Origin: Hamiltosporidium tvaerminnensis FI-OER-3-3
Taxonomy: Eukaryota; Fungi; Microsporidia
Assembly (NCBI GenBank): GCA_022605425.2
Contig: CM061248.1
Span: 992,001-1,056,000 of the forward strand
DNA length: 64,000 nucleotides
Reading direction: 5' to 3'
Position numbers and translations under genes: made by a program. The notes beneath the pieces are model-generated. The model was given only the letters and a program-made list of their open reading frames with translations, searched no databases and was not told the DNA's origin. Shown here piece after piece: positions 38,225 to 51,100 of the stretch (position 1 is the first letter of the stretch; the number at the start of each line of letters is the position of its first letter).

Positions 38225-40546
38225 CTATCTTCTCCTACTTTGTAACAATATCTTCGTATTAAATTTCTCTTTTATAAATTTGATAGTTTTTTCTGGTAGA
38301 TTATCCCTTCGTGCATTATATTTCAGTTCAATGTAATTCTCATTAAAAAATGACATTTTTATCTCGTTGTAAGTATTTCCCTGTATATAACATGATTCAA
38401 ATTGGATATATTCAATCTTCTTTAAATTTGCAATAAATATTAAATCTTTTTCTGATATATTTATTCCATATAAGTTCATTCTTTTTATTTTATACTCCTG
38501 TTTAGCTAAAAACAATTCTGAAAAACTGATATTTTCAAACTTAATACTATTTATATTTAATTCTTCTAGACTCAATAAATTACACAATGCTTCTACATCT
38601 GAATTATTGATATAAAAATCGGAAATACTTAGTTTCTTTATACTGCTTATTTCATAGTTTTGAAATAAAAACTTTAAAGGACTTAGATATAATTTCAAAT
38701 TTTCTCCATCTTTATTCGTGGCTTCAAAATCAAATTTTTCATTTTGTTCTGATTGTATTAAGAAATCAATCATTCTATCAAAACATCGAAGATCTAACTC
38801 TGTAATATAAAAAATTTGATTTTCAAAACGGTTTAACTTTATGGTGTTTGTTGTATCAAAGTATATTTTTTGAAGACCTATCATCATATCTATTAACTGA
38901 AAAAAATCCGAATAACAACTACTGTCTGAGGGCCAGAATTTAAAATATTTTATAGATTCGTTTAAAAAAATTTCATTTTTAATATCAATATATGAATATT
39001 CTATTTCTAATCTTTCTAGCCCTTTTATATTTAAAATATCTTTTAGACAATCAGATTTTATTACTGAAGATGAAATTGAAATAGATTTTATAGTTTGTTC
39101 TAAAATAGTATTTTCGGTAGCAAAAAACGAATTCTTGTTTAATATATTTAAATAAATTGACATATTATTAAAACACCCTTTATACTCATAAAAACATTGG
39201 ACTTCAAAATTATTATTCTCGCATCTAAAATCTTCGAAGATTTTAACTTTATCTCTAAATTTGTCTTCATTAAGTAATTTTAAATGGAAATCTTCATTTT
39301 CTTTTGGTATTTTTTCATTTTTATTGATAGATTCTTTAAGTGAATATTTTTGGATTTCATTCTTCAGACTTTGTATTATTAAATCTGCTATATTAAGATT
39401 CTCTTCTTCGATTCCAGTAACTGTATATATTTCATAATTCTCATTTATATAAAATATAAATTCCTCTATATTACTTAAATGCTCTATAAATATGAAAACT
39501 GTATCAAAATTAGATTCAATAAAAACAATCTTTTTTAAATTTTTAAAATTTAAATTTGCATTTAGAGAACAAATGACATCATCAGATATGTAACACCAAA
39601 AGAATACAATCTCATCAATCTTCTTTTTTAAATTATCTAAAATAAAACAAAAACTCTTCCTATTCACTCGTTTTAATGACTTTATATGCAAATATTTTAT
39701 ATCTAATGTATTTAGAAACATTAAAAATATACATTGACTTTTATGATTCACAACCACTTTTTTGTCAAAAAATGTATTAAATTCGTCATCAATTACTAAA
39801 GTATGTTTTTTATCTTCTGTAAATATCCCTTTATATTGATCAGAAATATCATATTCATGTTCTTTTATAAAAAACGAAAATTTTAAATCTTTTCCGTTAT
39901 TCAGTAGTTTTAAATATTCTTGTGATATTTTTTTAAATAAAGCATGTGAGAAATAGTATTGCTTTGAAAAATGAAACGATACTTTTTCAATGTTAAAATT
40001 ATTCATTTCACCAGACTCAACCAAAGAATACAGAATCGATTTTATCACATTTCGCAATTTATTATCATCTTTAACTCTAAAATATTCTAAAAAATACAAT
40101 ATTGTATAAAACTTCTTAATTGTCATTTTATGTACCGGAAGATAATATGATAAAAAATTCCAAAAAATTAAAATATCAGATTTCTTTATATGATGACAGA
40201 GAAATATTTCTATATTATTGTTTATTTTGTCAAAATTTTCAAATATATCAAACTTAAGACCAATTCTCTCAATAAATTCTATATAATACTGTTTATATTG
40301 CCTATTTGAATCTCTGACAAGCATTCTTTCCAAACATTTTTTTTCGTCATTTTCATTAGTCTCATCTCTTTTGATTTGACATAGACATTCGAGTTTGAGT
40401 TCATTATTAATTGAAGCTAAGTCCGACCCTTCATTTTCATCTACAACATTAAATCTAATATTTCTTTCACTCGAATAATAGATAAACACAAAAATAAGTG
40501 GTTTGTATAATAACGTTATGAGATAGAAGCACAGATTAAATTTCAT
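38225..40546 (-). CDS. 773-aa secreted LRR-like multigene-family protein (signal peptide + BTB-like + LRR)
   Basis: Only long intact ORF in the window; hydrophobic N-terminus; repeats LERLEIEYSYI, IKKLSISDFYI, LEELNINSIKF, IKRMNLYGINI, IEYIQFESCYI. Confidence 0.9.
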   Translation of the reverse strand: MKFNLCFYLITLLYKPLIFVFIYYSSERNIRFNVVDENEGSDLASINNELKLECLCQIKRDETNENDEKKCLERMLVRDSNRQYKQYYIEFIERIGLKFDIFENFDKINNNIEIFLCHHIKKSDILIFWNFLSYYLPVHKMTIKKFYTILYFLEYFRVKDDNKLRNVIKSILYSLVESGEMNNFNIEKVSFHFSKQYYFSHALFKKISQEYLKLLNNGKDLKFSFFIKEHEYDISDQYKGIFTEDKKHTLVIDDEFNTFFDKKVVVNHKSQCIFLMFLNTLDIKYLHIKSLKRVNRKSFCFILDNLKKKIDEIVFFWCYISDDVICSLNANLNFKNLKKIVFIESNFDTVFIFIEHLSNIEEFIFYINENYEIYTVTGIEEENLNIADLIIQSLKNEIQKYSLKESINKNEKIPKENEDFHLKLLNEDKFRDKVKIFEDFRCENNNFEVQCFYEYKGCFNNMSIYLNILNKNSFFATENTILEQTIKSISISSSVIKSDCLKDILNIKGLERLEIEYSYIDIKNEIFLNESIKYFKFWPSDSSCYSDFFQLIDMMIGLQKIYFDTTNTIKLNRFENQIFYITELDLRCFDRMIDFLIQSEQNEKFDFEATNKDGENLKLYLSPLKFLFQNYEISSIKKLSISDFYINNSDVEALCNLLSLEELNINSIKFENISFSELFLAKQEYKIKRMNLYGINISEKDLIFIANLKKIEYIQFESCYIQGNTYNEIKMSFFNENYIELKYNARRDNLPEKTIKFIKEKFNTKILLQSRRR

Positions 40547-41989
40547 AAATTTTAGAAAAAAAATACGTATTTATAGTTTTAAAATCAATTTACTATTTTA
40601 GTTTTTAGTAAAAAAAATTTTGATTTTTTCAAAAAACGTCAAAAATGATGTGTCCTACCAATCTCAATTAATCAAAATTTTATAAAATGTTTTAGAAGTT
40701 TTTAAATTAAAAGGAGTAAGTATGAACAATTGTTGGTATTTCTAAACGTCAAATTTTATTGAATAAAAATACTATTTTTAGAATTTAAATGAACGAATAT
40801 TTTTTTCGACGTTGATCCTTTTTTGTAGTTTAAAGAATCAATAATTGACTGTTACTTAGATTTCAGTTAAGTTTTATATTACTAATTAAACAAAAATTAG
40901 ATTCTTTTATTTTTTGCAGAATTTCACTTAATAAAAAATACTCAATTTGATTATTTTTAAAATCAGAATGATATTTCTTAAAATGACAGTTTTCTTTTGT
41001 TTTGATTTTGTATCCAATGGCAAATAATCGTATAAAAAATGTAAAGAAAGTTGATAAAATGTAATGGTATAGATTGTATGTTCTCGAAACGTAAATTTAA
41101 CAAATGAATAAATCAAGTCTTTGCGAAATATACCAAATATATTTTTAAACAAAATTTTAATATTTTTTTTAATGACCTAGTTTTACTAAGAATTTTCTAT
41201 TTTGATTATATATTAAAAGTATTTTTTCATGTTTACTCACACTTATAAATTTTAAATTTAGATTTGTTTAATTACATTTCTTGAGCTAATTTCAATTCAG
41301 TAATTATAAACGTTATTAGGACATTTTTTCGAGAAGTAAAATTTGAGACTTTAAACAGAATTTTAAATGCTTTTGTTAGCGTTTCGAAGATCATAGTTAT
41401 GCGAGAACTAAAATAAGATTATAAAATTACACAAAAACTCAAACAAGACGGGATAAGAATGTCAACGAAGAAACATTAAAAATATTCGCTATTAAACTTA
41501 TTAGATATAATATAACTTTGTAAAATTAAGAAGTATTAATAGACTTGTTCGTATATTCAGAATACTATCTTTTCTTAAAAAACACTTTTCATAAATTCAA
41601 GTCTCGGTACGTATAGACAGCTAAAATGTTCTAGATATTTGTATTACAGTGATTTTTTTAAAAAACAATTGTTTATTTTGTGGCAAAAATTAGATGGATA
41701 ATAACCAAAGAGCAAAAATCGCCCGAAATAAAACCAATTAAAGATTATTTTTAAAGAAAGCATAAAGAAGAGTTAGGAATTTTAAAATATTATGATGACT
41801 TACTTTTATATTGGCAGGTATAATTTACCACAAAAGATGCTTATGTTTTGAAAAAATTTTAAAGACGACTAGAAAGAACGAAGAACATACCTTTTCTTTA
41901 TAATTAGTTTTTTAACAACTGCTAGATAGTTCAATTTTCTTAAAAAAACTAACATAATTTTCTACAGGTAGCATATTCTATATTTTTTT

Positions 41990-42870
41990 TAATATTGACA
42001 CAGTTTTGAGGTTTACTCACGACTGTACTTTAACAAAATATCATTATTCCATAAGTAACATAAATTATAAACCTTTTAATCCAAAAATCAGTAAAATTCA
42101 ATAAACAAACAGGGAAAGTGCCTAAAGTTGTTAATTTTTGTTGCTTTAGTGTTTCCAAGACCAAATCAAACCTGGGTTCTCCCAGGATTTTAAATCCCTC
42201 TTATCACTCTATGAAACGGAAACTGATAAATTTTCAGCTAAAATATATCTTGGAAGTTTTTAAAGTTTACCAGACGCTGCAAGGTCATATCAAGAGGTAT
42301 ATCCTAGTAAGTGGCTTTACAAATTATCATCAAAATTCACCCCTACACGAGCCTTGGCCGTCCTTCTGTAATACCGCTCATTGGTTTTTTTCTACTTTTT
42401 CAAGTTTAGTATTAGTGTAGTTTTAAAAGGTGAGTTGTTAGCCTTAAGTCCAAACCGGGGGACCGGTCCTTTTTAGTCGCCTCTTACACAAGCAGAGTAT
42501 ACTCTAAGCCAATTCTTTTCCGGCATTGTGGGGGAAACTAGCTTTACAAGCTCTATAAAATATATACTTTTCTGCGTTTCTTTGTCTCCCTTTCTCCTAA
42601 TCTAAAGGAGGAAGGCTAGGGCTCTATGCTTATACAATTTAATTATCATAAAGTTCAATCGTTTGCTTCATTTTACTTATAAAAAAAAATACAAACTATG
42701 CTCTTAGAAAAAAGTTTTAGCATTTTGTAGACTTTCTCCTCTTTATAGTTTTTTTATAAACTACCGAATATTAAGTGTAATTATCATTCTAAAAAAAATC
42801 TTTAGATATCATTTTTGCATGTTTCAAATACAAATTAAATCAGATTGTTTTTAAAAGTGTTATTCTCGAC
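41990..42870 (-). repeat. Family A with nested family B (~42340-42539), duplicate of 25670-26555
   Basis: Lies within the segmental duplication; same nested structure. Confidence 0.7.
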
Positions 42871-43854
42871 ACAATCTTAAAAATAATATAAATATTTTTC
42901 TAAAATAGTAAGAAGAAGATAAATATTTGTGTTCAGCTTACACGAAATTACTATAAAAAGACCAGAATTAAGGGTTTTTTGCTGTTTTCTTATAAAAAAA
43001 GGAATATCTATGCGAATTATTTTTTTATTTATTCTATTTCTTTAAACACTTGCTCTATTGTTCTTAAGCTAGGTGGTTTTTATTTTATTCTTATATTTGA
43101 TTAAAAATGAATGGTAACCCATAGCATCAGAATGACGTTTTTTTTTGCCTGATTTAACAAGAAAACGACACTAAAGACTGGTTTTCTATAAATTCTTATA
43201 TTGACTTGCAAGTACGCAATTCGACTAGTATTTAATCTGATGATAAATAAAATACATTCTCTCCTGCTTGGCTTAATATTTCTAGTTTTCAGATCTAAAG
43301 TCTGGGGTTTTGATTAATATGCTAGGCTGTTCGTGCTTATCAAAAAAATAACATAGCATTATGGGTTAGTTATTTTTTAAACAGATTTTTATCATTACCT
43401 GCAATAGAAATTATTGTACAATATTAAATTACCAAAAAAAAGTTTTTTGGCTTTGGTCTTATGAGATATAAAGATCACTTATTTTATAAACTTTACGTTG
43501 TGTTAGTTGCTCTTCAACTGCTAAATAAACGCTCCTTTATTTTTTTAGTTAAAATCTAATAGTGTACCTTACTGTGATCTCGTTTTATTTTTATATTAGA
43601 TTGTTTCTTTCTTTATGAATGGAATACAATCCACGGGGAATTAGAGCTTCGTTAAGGGTAGGCGTTTCAGAGACATGTCTTCTTTTGATTGGCAAGGCTT
43701 CGGCAAAACATAAACTTTCTTTTTAAAAGATTAAGAGCGTATTACCAGCAAACAAACCTGCATTTCAGAAACAAATTTTGATATTCTTTTTAGCTAATGC
43801 GTTGTATTTTCTTATTTCCCTAATTTAACTTAATATTCGTACCGACAAAACAAA

Positions 43855-45480
43855 ATAGATAATGAATATAGAAAGGAAAAACAGAAGTGGTCTTGTTTTT
43901 GCTTTATGTAGTAATACCAATTTTTGTCTGAGGAAACTACATATCTTGCGAATCAATAGTATCAAATGCTTCTTCTTAAACTTATAATTCTCTGAATCTC
44001 GGAATAGTCTGTAAATTTTAGGAATGAAATTTAAAGCTTAAAAACGAGGATGTAAATTCCAATATAATTTATTATATAAATTAAGAGCTGGACAAGATGT
44101 AAGATACATAAAATTTTTATGTAACAATATTTTTTGGGAAACATGGTAAACTAATTAAAGAACTAGAATTATTAAAATCTTATCAAAAAATAAATCATGG
44201 GGATATTGCCTTAAAGGTTTCAATACATTTAAAATGATTTGTTTATCTCCAAACACAGTAGCAAAAAGATTTATGGACACTACATTCTATATAAATCAGA
44301 CCTTTGGATAGTTTTATTTGGCCATGGATGTTTTAAATGATATTCCAAATATTACTGAAAATTTATTTTAGTCGAAAATTTTATTGACAAATAGAAGGTT
44401 TGTAAAGAACCATTAGATGTTTTTAGTAGTCAAAGCACGGCCAATATAAAAGATATTTTTGATTAAGTCGAAAAATCATAGGAGGTGATATTCAAATTAT
44501 ATTACAACTAAATAAGGAAAGATATAATGCGAGGAAATATGTTTCTGTTACTCTTATATTTTCAATTAGAGATTAAGGTAATTAAAAAGCATTTATAATA
44601 CATTTATTTTTTCTAAAAAATCGTTATATGGAGTATACTTGAAATTGTCACGGCTTATATACCCGTCATTTAACCTTCAACTATATAGAATTGCACGTAC
44701 TCATAACTCGTCAATTACGTGAGTAAATTTAGGAAATTTCCGAAGATGATTTACAACAGATTAGTTTGGTTCGCTAACTTGCCGTACAAAACTTTATATA
44801 CAGTTTTAAAGTTATTGCAATCATTCAAATTTTTTCTTAAATGAATCAGCTTCTTTCTGATTCACAAAGTAATAAATGAGTATAAAGTTGTTTTTTTGTA
44901 CGGATTTAACTGAATTATTGAAGCATTATAATTTTAAATCTTAAAGAAATAAAAAAAGACAGAACCCGAATTTTGAATCATATTTAAAAATTCTATCAAA
45001 ATAGTCTTCTTTATGCGAAGGCTCGAACAAATGTCTTATTCATTTGAATAGGTGCGGAATATTTATTCAAAAAAAATGAAGCTGTTTATAAGACCTGTAA
45101 TAAAAACTTTAGATACTTTGAAAGTATATTTTGATGTCGTTTTTATGGTTTCATTTTGCAAAAAAATCATATTTAAATTCTTTAAATCTCTTTTCGGCTG
45201 ATCTTGAAAGGCTAGTACCGGTGTTTAATTGTAACTAATAGATATGCAATGCACAAATTCTTTTTAAAAAAATATTTGAATTCAAAATTAATTGAATTGT
45301 ATAAGAGTCTTTTAACTTCGTATTTACACCAAGTCCATACATTTTCTCACAGTTTTATTTCCGCTTTTAACAAAATCTATCTATCCGAAGAAACATTCCT
45401 TAAAATAAAATATACAAAAATGTTGAAAGCTAAATAAGAGACAAACACTTGGTCTTTTTATTGATTATTTCTCCAATAAA
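43855..45480 (+). mobile_element. hAT transposase relic, duplicate
   Basis: Duplicate of 27540-29160 (LSPNTVAKR, FYLAMD, ORF 45249..45437). Confidence 0.8.
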
Positions 45481-45701
45481 TTTAACTGAATTTATTACAT
45501 GTTGGTAACTTCTTAACTATATCAATTTCTAAAAAAATATGCTATTATTTTTTGTTATTATATTTTTTGACTTGAAATGATGAAAAATATTATTAATTGT
45601 TTAAAAAATGTAGAAAACCATTAAATTCTCTTTTATTACAACTTCTTCATAAAAAAACCAAAATATTTTCTTTCTTTGTATTAATTTTTGTATGTATTTC
45701 T

Positions 45702-47531
45702 TTTTATTGTGTATTGATCTATGGAGCCGAAAGCTTAATAAAAAAACCCAAAGATGACATTAAAGACAGATGCAGAATCCCGTGCGGCATAGTAATATTA
45801 TTATTTGATGATCTCGGTTACCTGAAAAAGATGAACAAACATTGAAGGAAATGACGGAAGAGGTGAATGAACAATATACGATTAGAAATAAACAAAGAGA
45901 AATCGGCTATAAAAAACCCGTGATGTGAAGATACAGCCACTCTTTTTCAATGAAAAGGTGTTTAAAAATACTCAAGAACAAAAGAATATAGCAGAGGAAT
46001 CTTAAGAAGTATGTCGTACGAGGAAGTACAATAAAACATAAAGCCCGAGTAGAAAAACTTTTTTGCAACAAAATTGAATGCTAAAAAATTTTTTTCTGCA
46101 AAATATCAACATCCAATATCGTCAACCCACTGCCAAATAAAAGTACCTTGTCTTGAACAACTTACTTCTTTAAGTTAGATTATGCAGTGCGTGCACGACT
46201 AGTACAGAATATATATATCTACGCCTAGATTTAAATAACGTCTATACCTTCCTAGTAAAGAACTATGAAGAAGTTTATATAGTTTGGACTTTAAAAGCGA
46301 ATATGCTTTTGCCAGACTTGGATTGTCTTAAAAAACATAAAAATACATCGACCAAAAGAGCAGCAATCCTAAAGGTTGACAATAATATTAAAACCCACTT
46401 TTCACTAAAAAAAAAATTTTAAAAATTAAATACGAGTTAGAAGAGGAAGTCACAAAAAAGAAATTGGAAGAAGCTCAACTAGCTAACCTATATAACGAAA
46501 TCAAAAACCGAAAACTACATTCAATGTTATAAAGCTAGTAATAACGAGCTTGTAAGTGTGAATGACTCTTCAAGATGGTTAAAGAAAGGAAGTTAAAGAC
46601 CACCTGATCAAGCAGTGTTCTGTTCTATATAGGATAGAAGTAGAGTGCCTGGGTCCGAAGGTATTTCACACGCAGCAACTAAATCTGTCTAACGGTAGAC
46701 TACTTAGGAACAAGATGTGAGAAAAAGCCTGAGTGACTATACTAGACCACATAATGAAGTTACACAATGCAAATACTTACTCCTACTAAATAAATATTAA
46801 TTCAAGTCTTTAAAACAAAATATGAGTCCCTCGGTGTAAAAAATTTTTTGATAATGAGCATGCAGAGGTAAAAGTGAACACTAGAATAAAAATAGATGTT
46901 GAAAATCGGAATAACAGACCCGACATATTTATTATTGATAAGAGGAAGAATAAGATAACCCTCATTAAAGCAGGAATCCCATACTAAAACCTTTTCAAAT
47001 AGTTGAAAAGGAGAAACTTTAGAAGTACGAACTATTTGCAAATAAGTTCGCCGTCGTTCATAAATGTAGTATAGAGATAATTCCTTTTGTGATGACTTGG
47101 AACGGTATTGGAACAAATACCATAAGATGTTGTTAAAAGACTACGAATACCCATGAATGTAGAGGCAGGTATACAATCTATACTACTCAAAAAGACGGTC
47201 GAAAAAATTTCTTTTGGTCGACGATGAGGACTTGAATACGGGCTAAATGCCGAAGAGAGCTAGGAAAAAGCATCATTTGTGTTATTTAAGGAGCTCCCAT
47301 GCATAAAAAACCAACACATCCTTTAAAGCGAGTAGACAACGAGGAAGATGGTGTTAAAACGGAAATTAGAAAAAGTCTTTTACCCCTTATTTTAGATAGC
47401 ATAATCACAGCAGAGGAACACAATTAATGCAGATGAAAACTCGGATTTAGAAGAAAAGATGGAAGTGGTTGAAATAGGTAAAATAATTATTTAAAAGATA
47501 AAATTAGTTGACCCTGAATTTTATTGTATAA
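45702..47531 (+). mobile_element. Older 5'-truncated retrotransposon (copy 4), duplicate of copy 2
   Basis: Same TSD at 45692-45701 and 47532-47541; same endpoints. Confidence 0.9.
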
Positions 47532-48003
47532 ATGTATATCTCAAATTACTTTATTATAAAAATAATTTACGACAACCTAATTTGCTTATTATATTCTAAG
47601 TTAGTATCGAATTTTATCAATTAATGTCTTTTGAATATACTTCGTTGAAATTTAGTATTTTATTTATCTAGAAAGAAATACAATATTTTTATCAAGTACA
47701 AATTATAAAAAATAATCTCTAAATAAAATATTTAGTAATCGATCGGTATTGGAGGTTTATTGTAAGAGTTTACGTGATTTGTTGGCAAACCAACCAAATA
47801 AGTTCATTTTATATTGAAATCCTCCTGTTCTACATATACATTCATTCTGCTATAATGTAGATTTAGTAAAATTTAGATGTGTATAATCTTATCGAATTAC
47901 GTTATAGGTTATTTCAAAAACTATAAAAAGTCAAAAATTGGTTTTTTAAGAGAATATATAAATTGATTTCGATTTAAAATTTATTTAATTAAACATTACA
48001 TGG

Positions 48004-48132
48004 TTGCGTTGGGCTGAAAACTTAACCAATCCAAAGAAAAATAAAATTTGGCAAACCTGTTTTTTTGGCAAATTTATGATTCATTTTGGATTGTATTTCT
48101 TACATAATGAAGAAGCGAGCTATTGAAAAATA
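48004..48132. other. ~130-bp hairpin-forming insertion
   Basis: TACATGG (47997-48003) and TGCATGG (48133-48139) flanks; imperfect ~30-bp inverted arms at 48028-48092. Confidence 0.55.
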
Positions 48133-48145
48133 TGCATGGCGACAT

Positions 48146-51100
48146 TTTTATTTAATAAAATTCTGGGTTAAAATATTTTTTACCATTTTTACATGTTTTC
48201 TTCTACCTCTTTGACCACTTTTGTCTCTTCTTCCAAATCCGACTCTTCATTTATGTTATTGGTCGGTTCCTCTGAAGTGGTTTCTCCTTGTAAAATAAAG
48301 GGGGCTTTATATTTTGGTTTAAAATTTTTGGCACCATCTTCCTCTGTTTTCGCTTCTTTTAAAGGGGGTATTGGTTCCTCATGCATCTCTGATCTCATAA
48401 TAACACCCATTGACGCTCTCTCCCAGCTCTCTTCGGCATTTAGTCCTGACTCAAGTCCTCTTCGTCGATCAAAGGAAATTGTTTCGACTGTTTTCTTAAG
48501 TACTATAGACTGAATGTATGCCTCTACATTCATGGGTATTTCTAGTCTTTTAAGATGTGATTTATGGTATTTTGTCACAATACCGTCCCAGGTCATCACA
48601 TAAGGGATTATCTCAACACTACACTTATAAATAAGGCCCAACTCATTGGCAAGCAGGTCATACTTCCTAAGTTTTTCAGTTTCAACTATTTGAAGTGAAT
48701 CTTGGGAAGTGATTCCTACTTCAATGAGTGTTATCTTATTCTTCTTCTTATCTAAAATAAATATGTCCGGTCTGTTATTCCGAATTTTAACATCAGTTTT
48801 AATTCTGGTGTCCACTCTTATCTCTGCATACTCATTATCAAGAATTTCTTGAACTGAGTGGCTCCTTATTCGTTTTGAAGACTTAAACTTATATCTATTT
48901 AGAAGGAGAAGGTGTAGGCATCTAACCACTTCATTATGCCGTCTAGTGTAATCATGGCCTAGCATTTTTTCACATCGAGTTGCTAGATGATCTACAGTCT
49001 TACCAGACTTCCCACAATGTTGACACACACCATCTGCTCCCCAGAATACATTTCTATCCTGGATATAGCAGAACACAGCTTCATTTCGTGGCCTAATATT
49101 TCCTCTCTTTAGCCATCTTGAAGAGTCACTAACACTCACAAGCTCATTTTTCCTTGCATTATATAACTTTGAATGGAGTTTTCGTTTTTCTATTTCGTTA
49201 TATAGTTTTGCAAGTTGAGCTTCTTCTAAACTTTTCTTAGTGACTTCTTCTACCAACCTGTAATTTACTTTTAAGAAGCTTTTTATTAGTGCAAGATGGG
49301 TTTTATTATTATTCTCCACCTTGAGGATTGCTGCTCGTCTAGTTGATATTTCTTTACTTTTTTCCAGACAATCCAAGAGTTGCAGAAGCATATGTTCGCT
49401 TCGCAACTCAACACTAAGTAGGCCTCTTCCAAGTTCTGTTCTAGGAAGATACAACCGCTCTTTATATCCTGGGCGGAGATGTATCTTATTTTTAACCAAC
49501 ACCGCACGCACTGCATCATATAACTTAAAGAAGTCAGCCGGTTCAAGTCGAAGTACTCCTATGTGGTAGTTGATTAACGATATCGCATGTTGATTGATTG
49601 CAGAAAATAAATTTTTTGCATTTAATCTAGTGTGACAAAGTCTTTCAACTCTTGATATAAGTTTGCTCCGTACTTCTTCAAATGAGCTACGTGTTGGAAT
49701 TCCTCTGCTATCTTCTATTATTCTTAAATATTTGTAAAACTAACACTTTCTAGAAGAGTAGCAGTATCTTCACAACACGTACATTTGTGGCTGACTCCTC
49801 TTTGTTAATCTCTAAGCCAATAACCTCTAAAAATTCCTTTGCCTCGCCTGTCATAGCATTTAATGTGGAACTGTCTTTTGCAAGGAGCTTAACATCATCA
49901 ATAAACAAGAGATGATTAGTAGAATGGGATTCTGCATCTGTTTGTACTGTAATTTTGTGTATTTTTCATTAAGCTTTCGGCTTAATGGATCCATACAAAA
50001 AACAAATAACAATAGTGACAAACTATCTCCTTGTAGAATCCCTCTATCAATCTTCTTGCTCATGATTTTTTCAGGCCCTACTGATATATCAATTTTCCAT
50101 TTTGATACAATTACCTTACTAAATTTCAGGATCTAATCAGGTAAATTAAGGTTTTCAATGCATTGAGTTAAATAAGCATGATCTATTGAGTCATAAGCTT
50201 TTTTAACATCAATCCATGTTGCCTTAAGATTATTTCCATACTCTTTATTTAAGGCAATATTCAGTAGAGCCTGCTCTTTCGCTCCCTGCACACCTCTTAC
50301 CGCCCCTAATTGGTTCTCTGCAAGCAACCCTCGCCTTTCCACTTCCAGTTGAACGACTTTCGTTACACACTTTGTCGTTAACTTATAGAGGTTGGACATA
50401 CAAGTGATTGGCCTGTAGTCAGAGCCTCTTCGTGGAATTCCTTTCGGTATCAAATACGTAAGCCCGCAGTAAAACCAATCAGCTTGAGGTGTTCCTTCTA
50501 AACATATAACTTTCACAATATCATAAAGATATTTGTGAAGAGTTGTAAGCTTCTTAATGAAAAAATTGTAAATACCATCAATTCCAGCAGCTTTCCAATT
50601 AGGGAGCCAATTAATGATATTCACAAATTCATCAAGTGAAGGAAACGTGGTCGGATGATTATCTGATACAAATGGAATCAAATAATCATCGTACGTGACT
50701 GTTTCATCATTTTTGTTCCACATTGTAGACCAAAAACTCACAATTTCATCACGGCTAACCACATGCTCGGATTCCACACGCTCAGATAACCCACGATAAA
50801 ATCGACCTCGGAAAAGCTCAAACATACGATTCTCTTTTCGGAATTGCTTCCTACTTTCATGCATCGTAATTTTTTTCTCGTAAACATTCAAAGACTCATT
50901 CTTCTTAACTAAAGCCTCAGAAAGATCAGTTACGCTGCACAAGTTTAAATTAAACTCTCGCATGATTTTCTTAAGGCTCTTCGTTTTCGAAGTAATGAGC
51001 TGTTCTTGCTTACGAGCTTTCTCGAGGAGATCTTTGGAAAGTACTAACTTAGGAATTTTACTTTCTATGTTTTCCTTCCAAGCGGATCTAGGCTTCTCTT

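Noticed and set aside
35616-40546. UBA1 plus the BTB-LRR gene as a functional ubiquitin gene cluster
   Set aside because: UBA1 here is a dead half-gene; the adjacency is explained by rearrangement.
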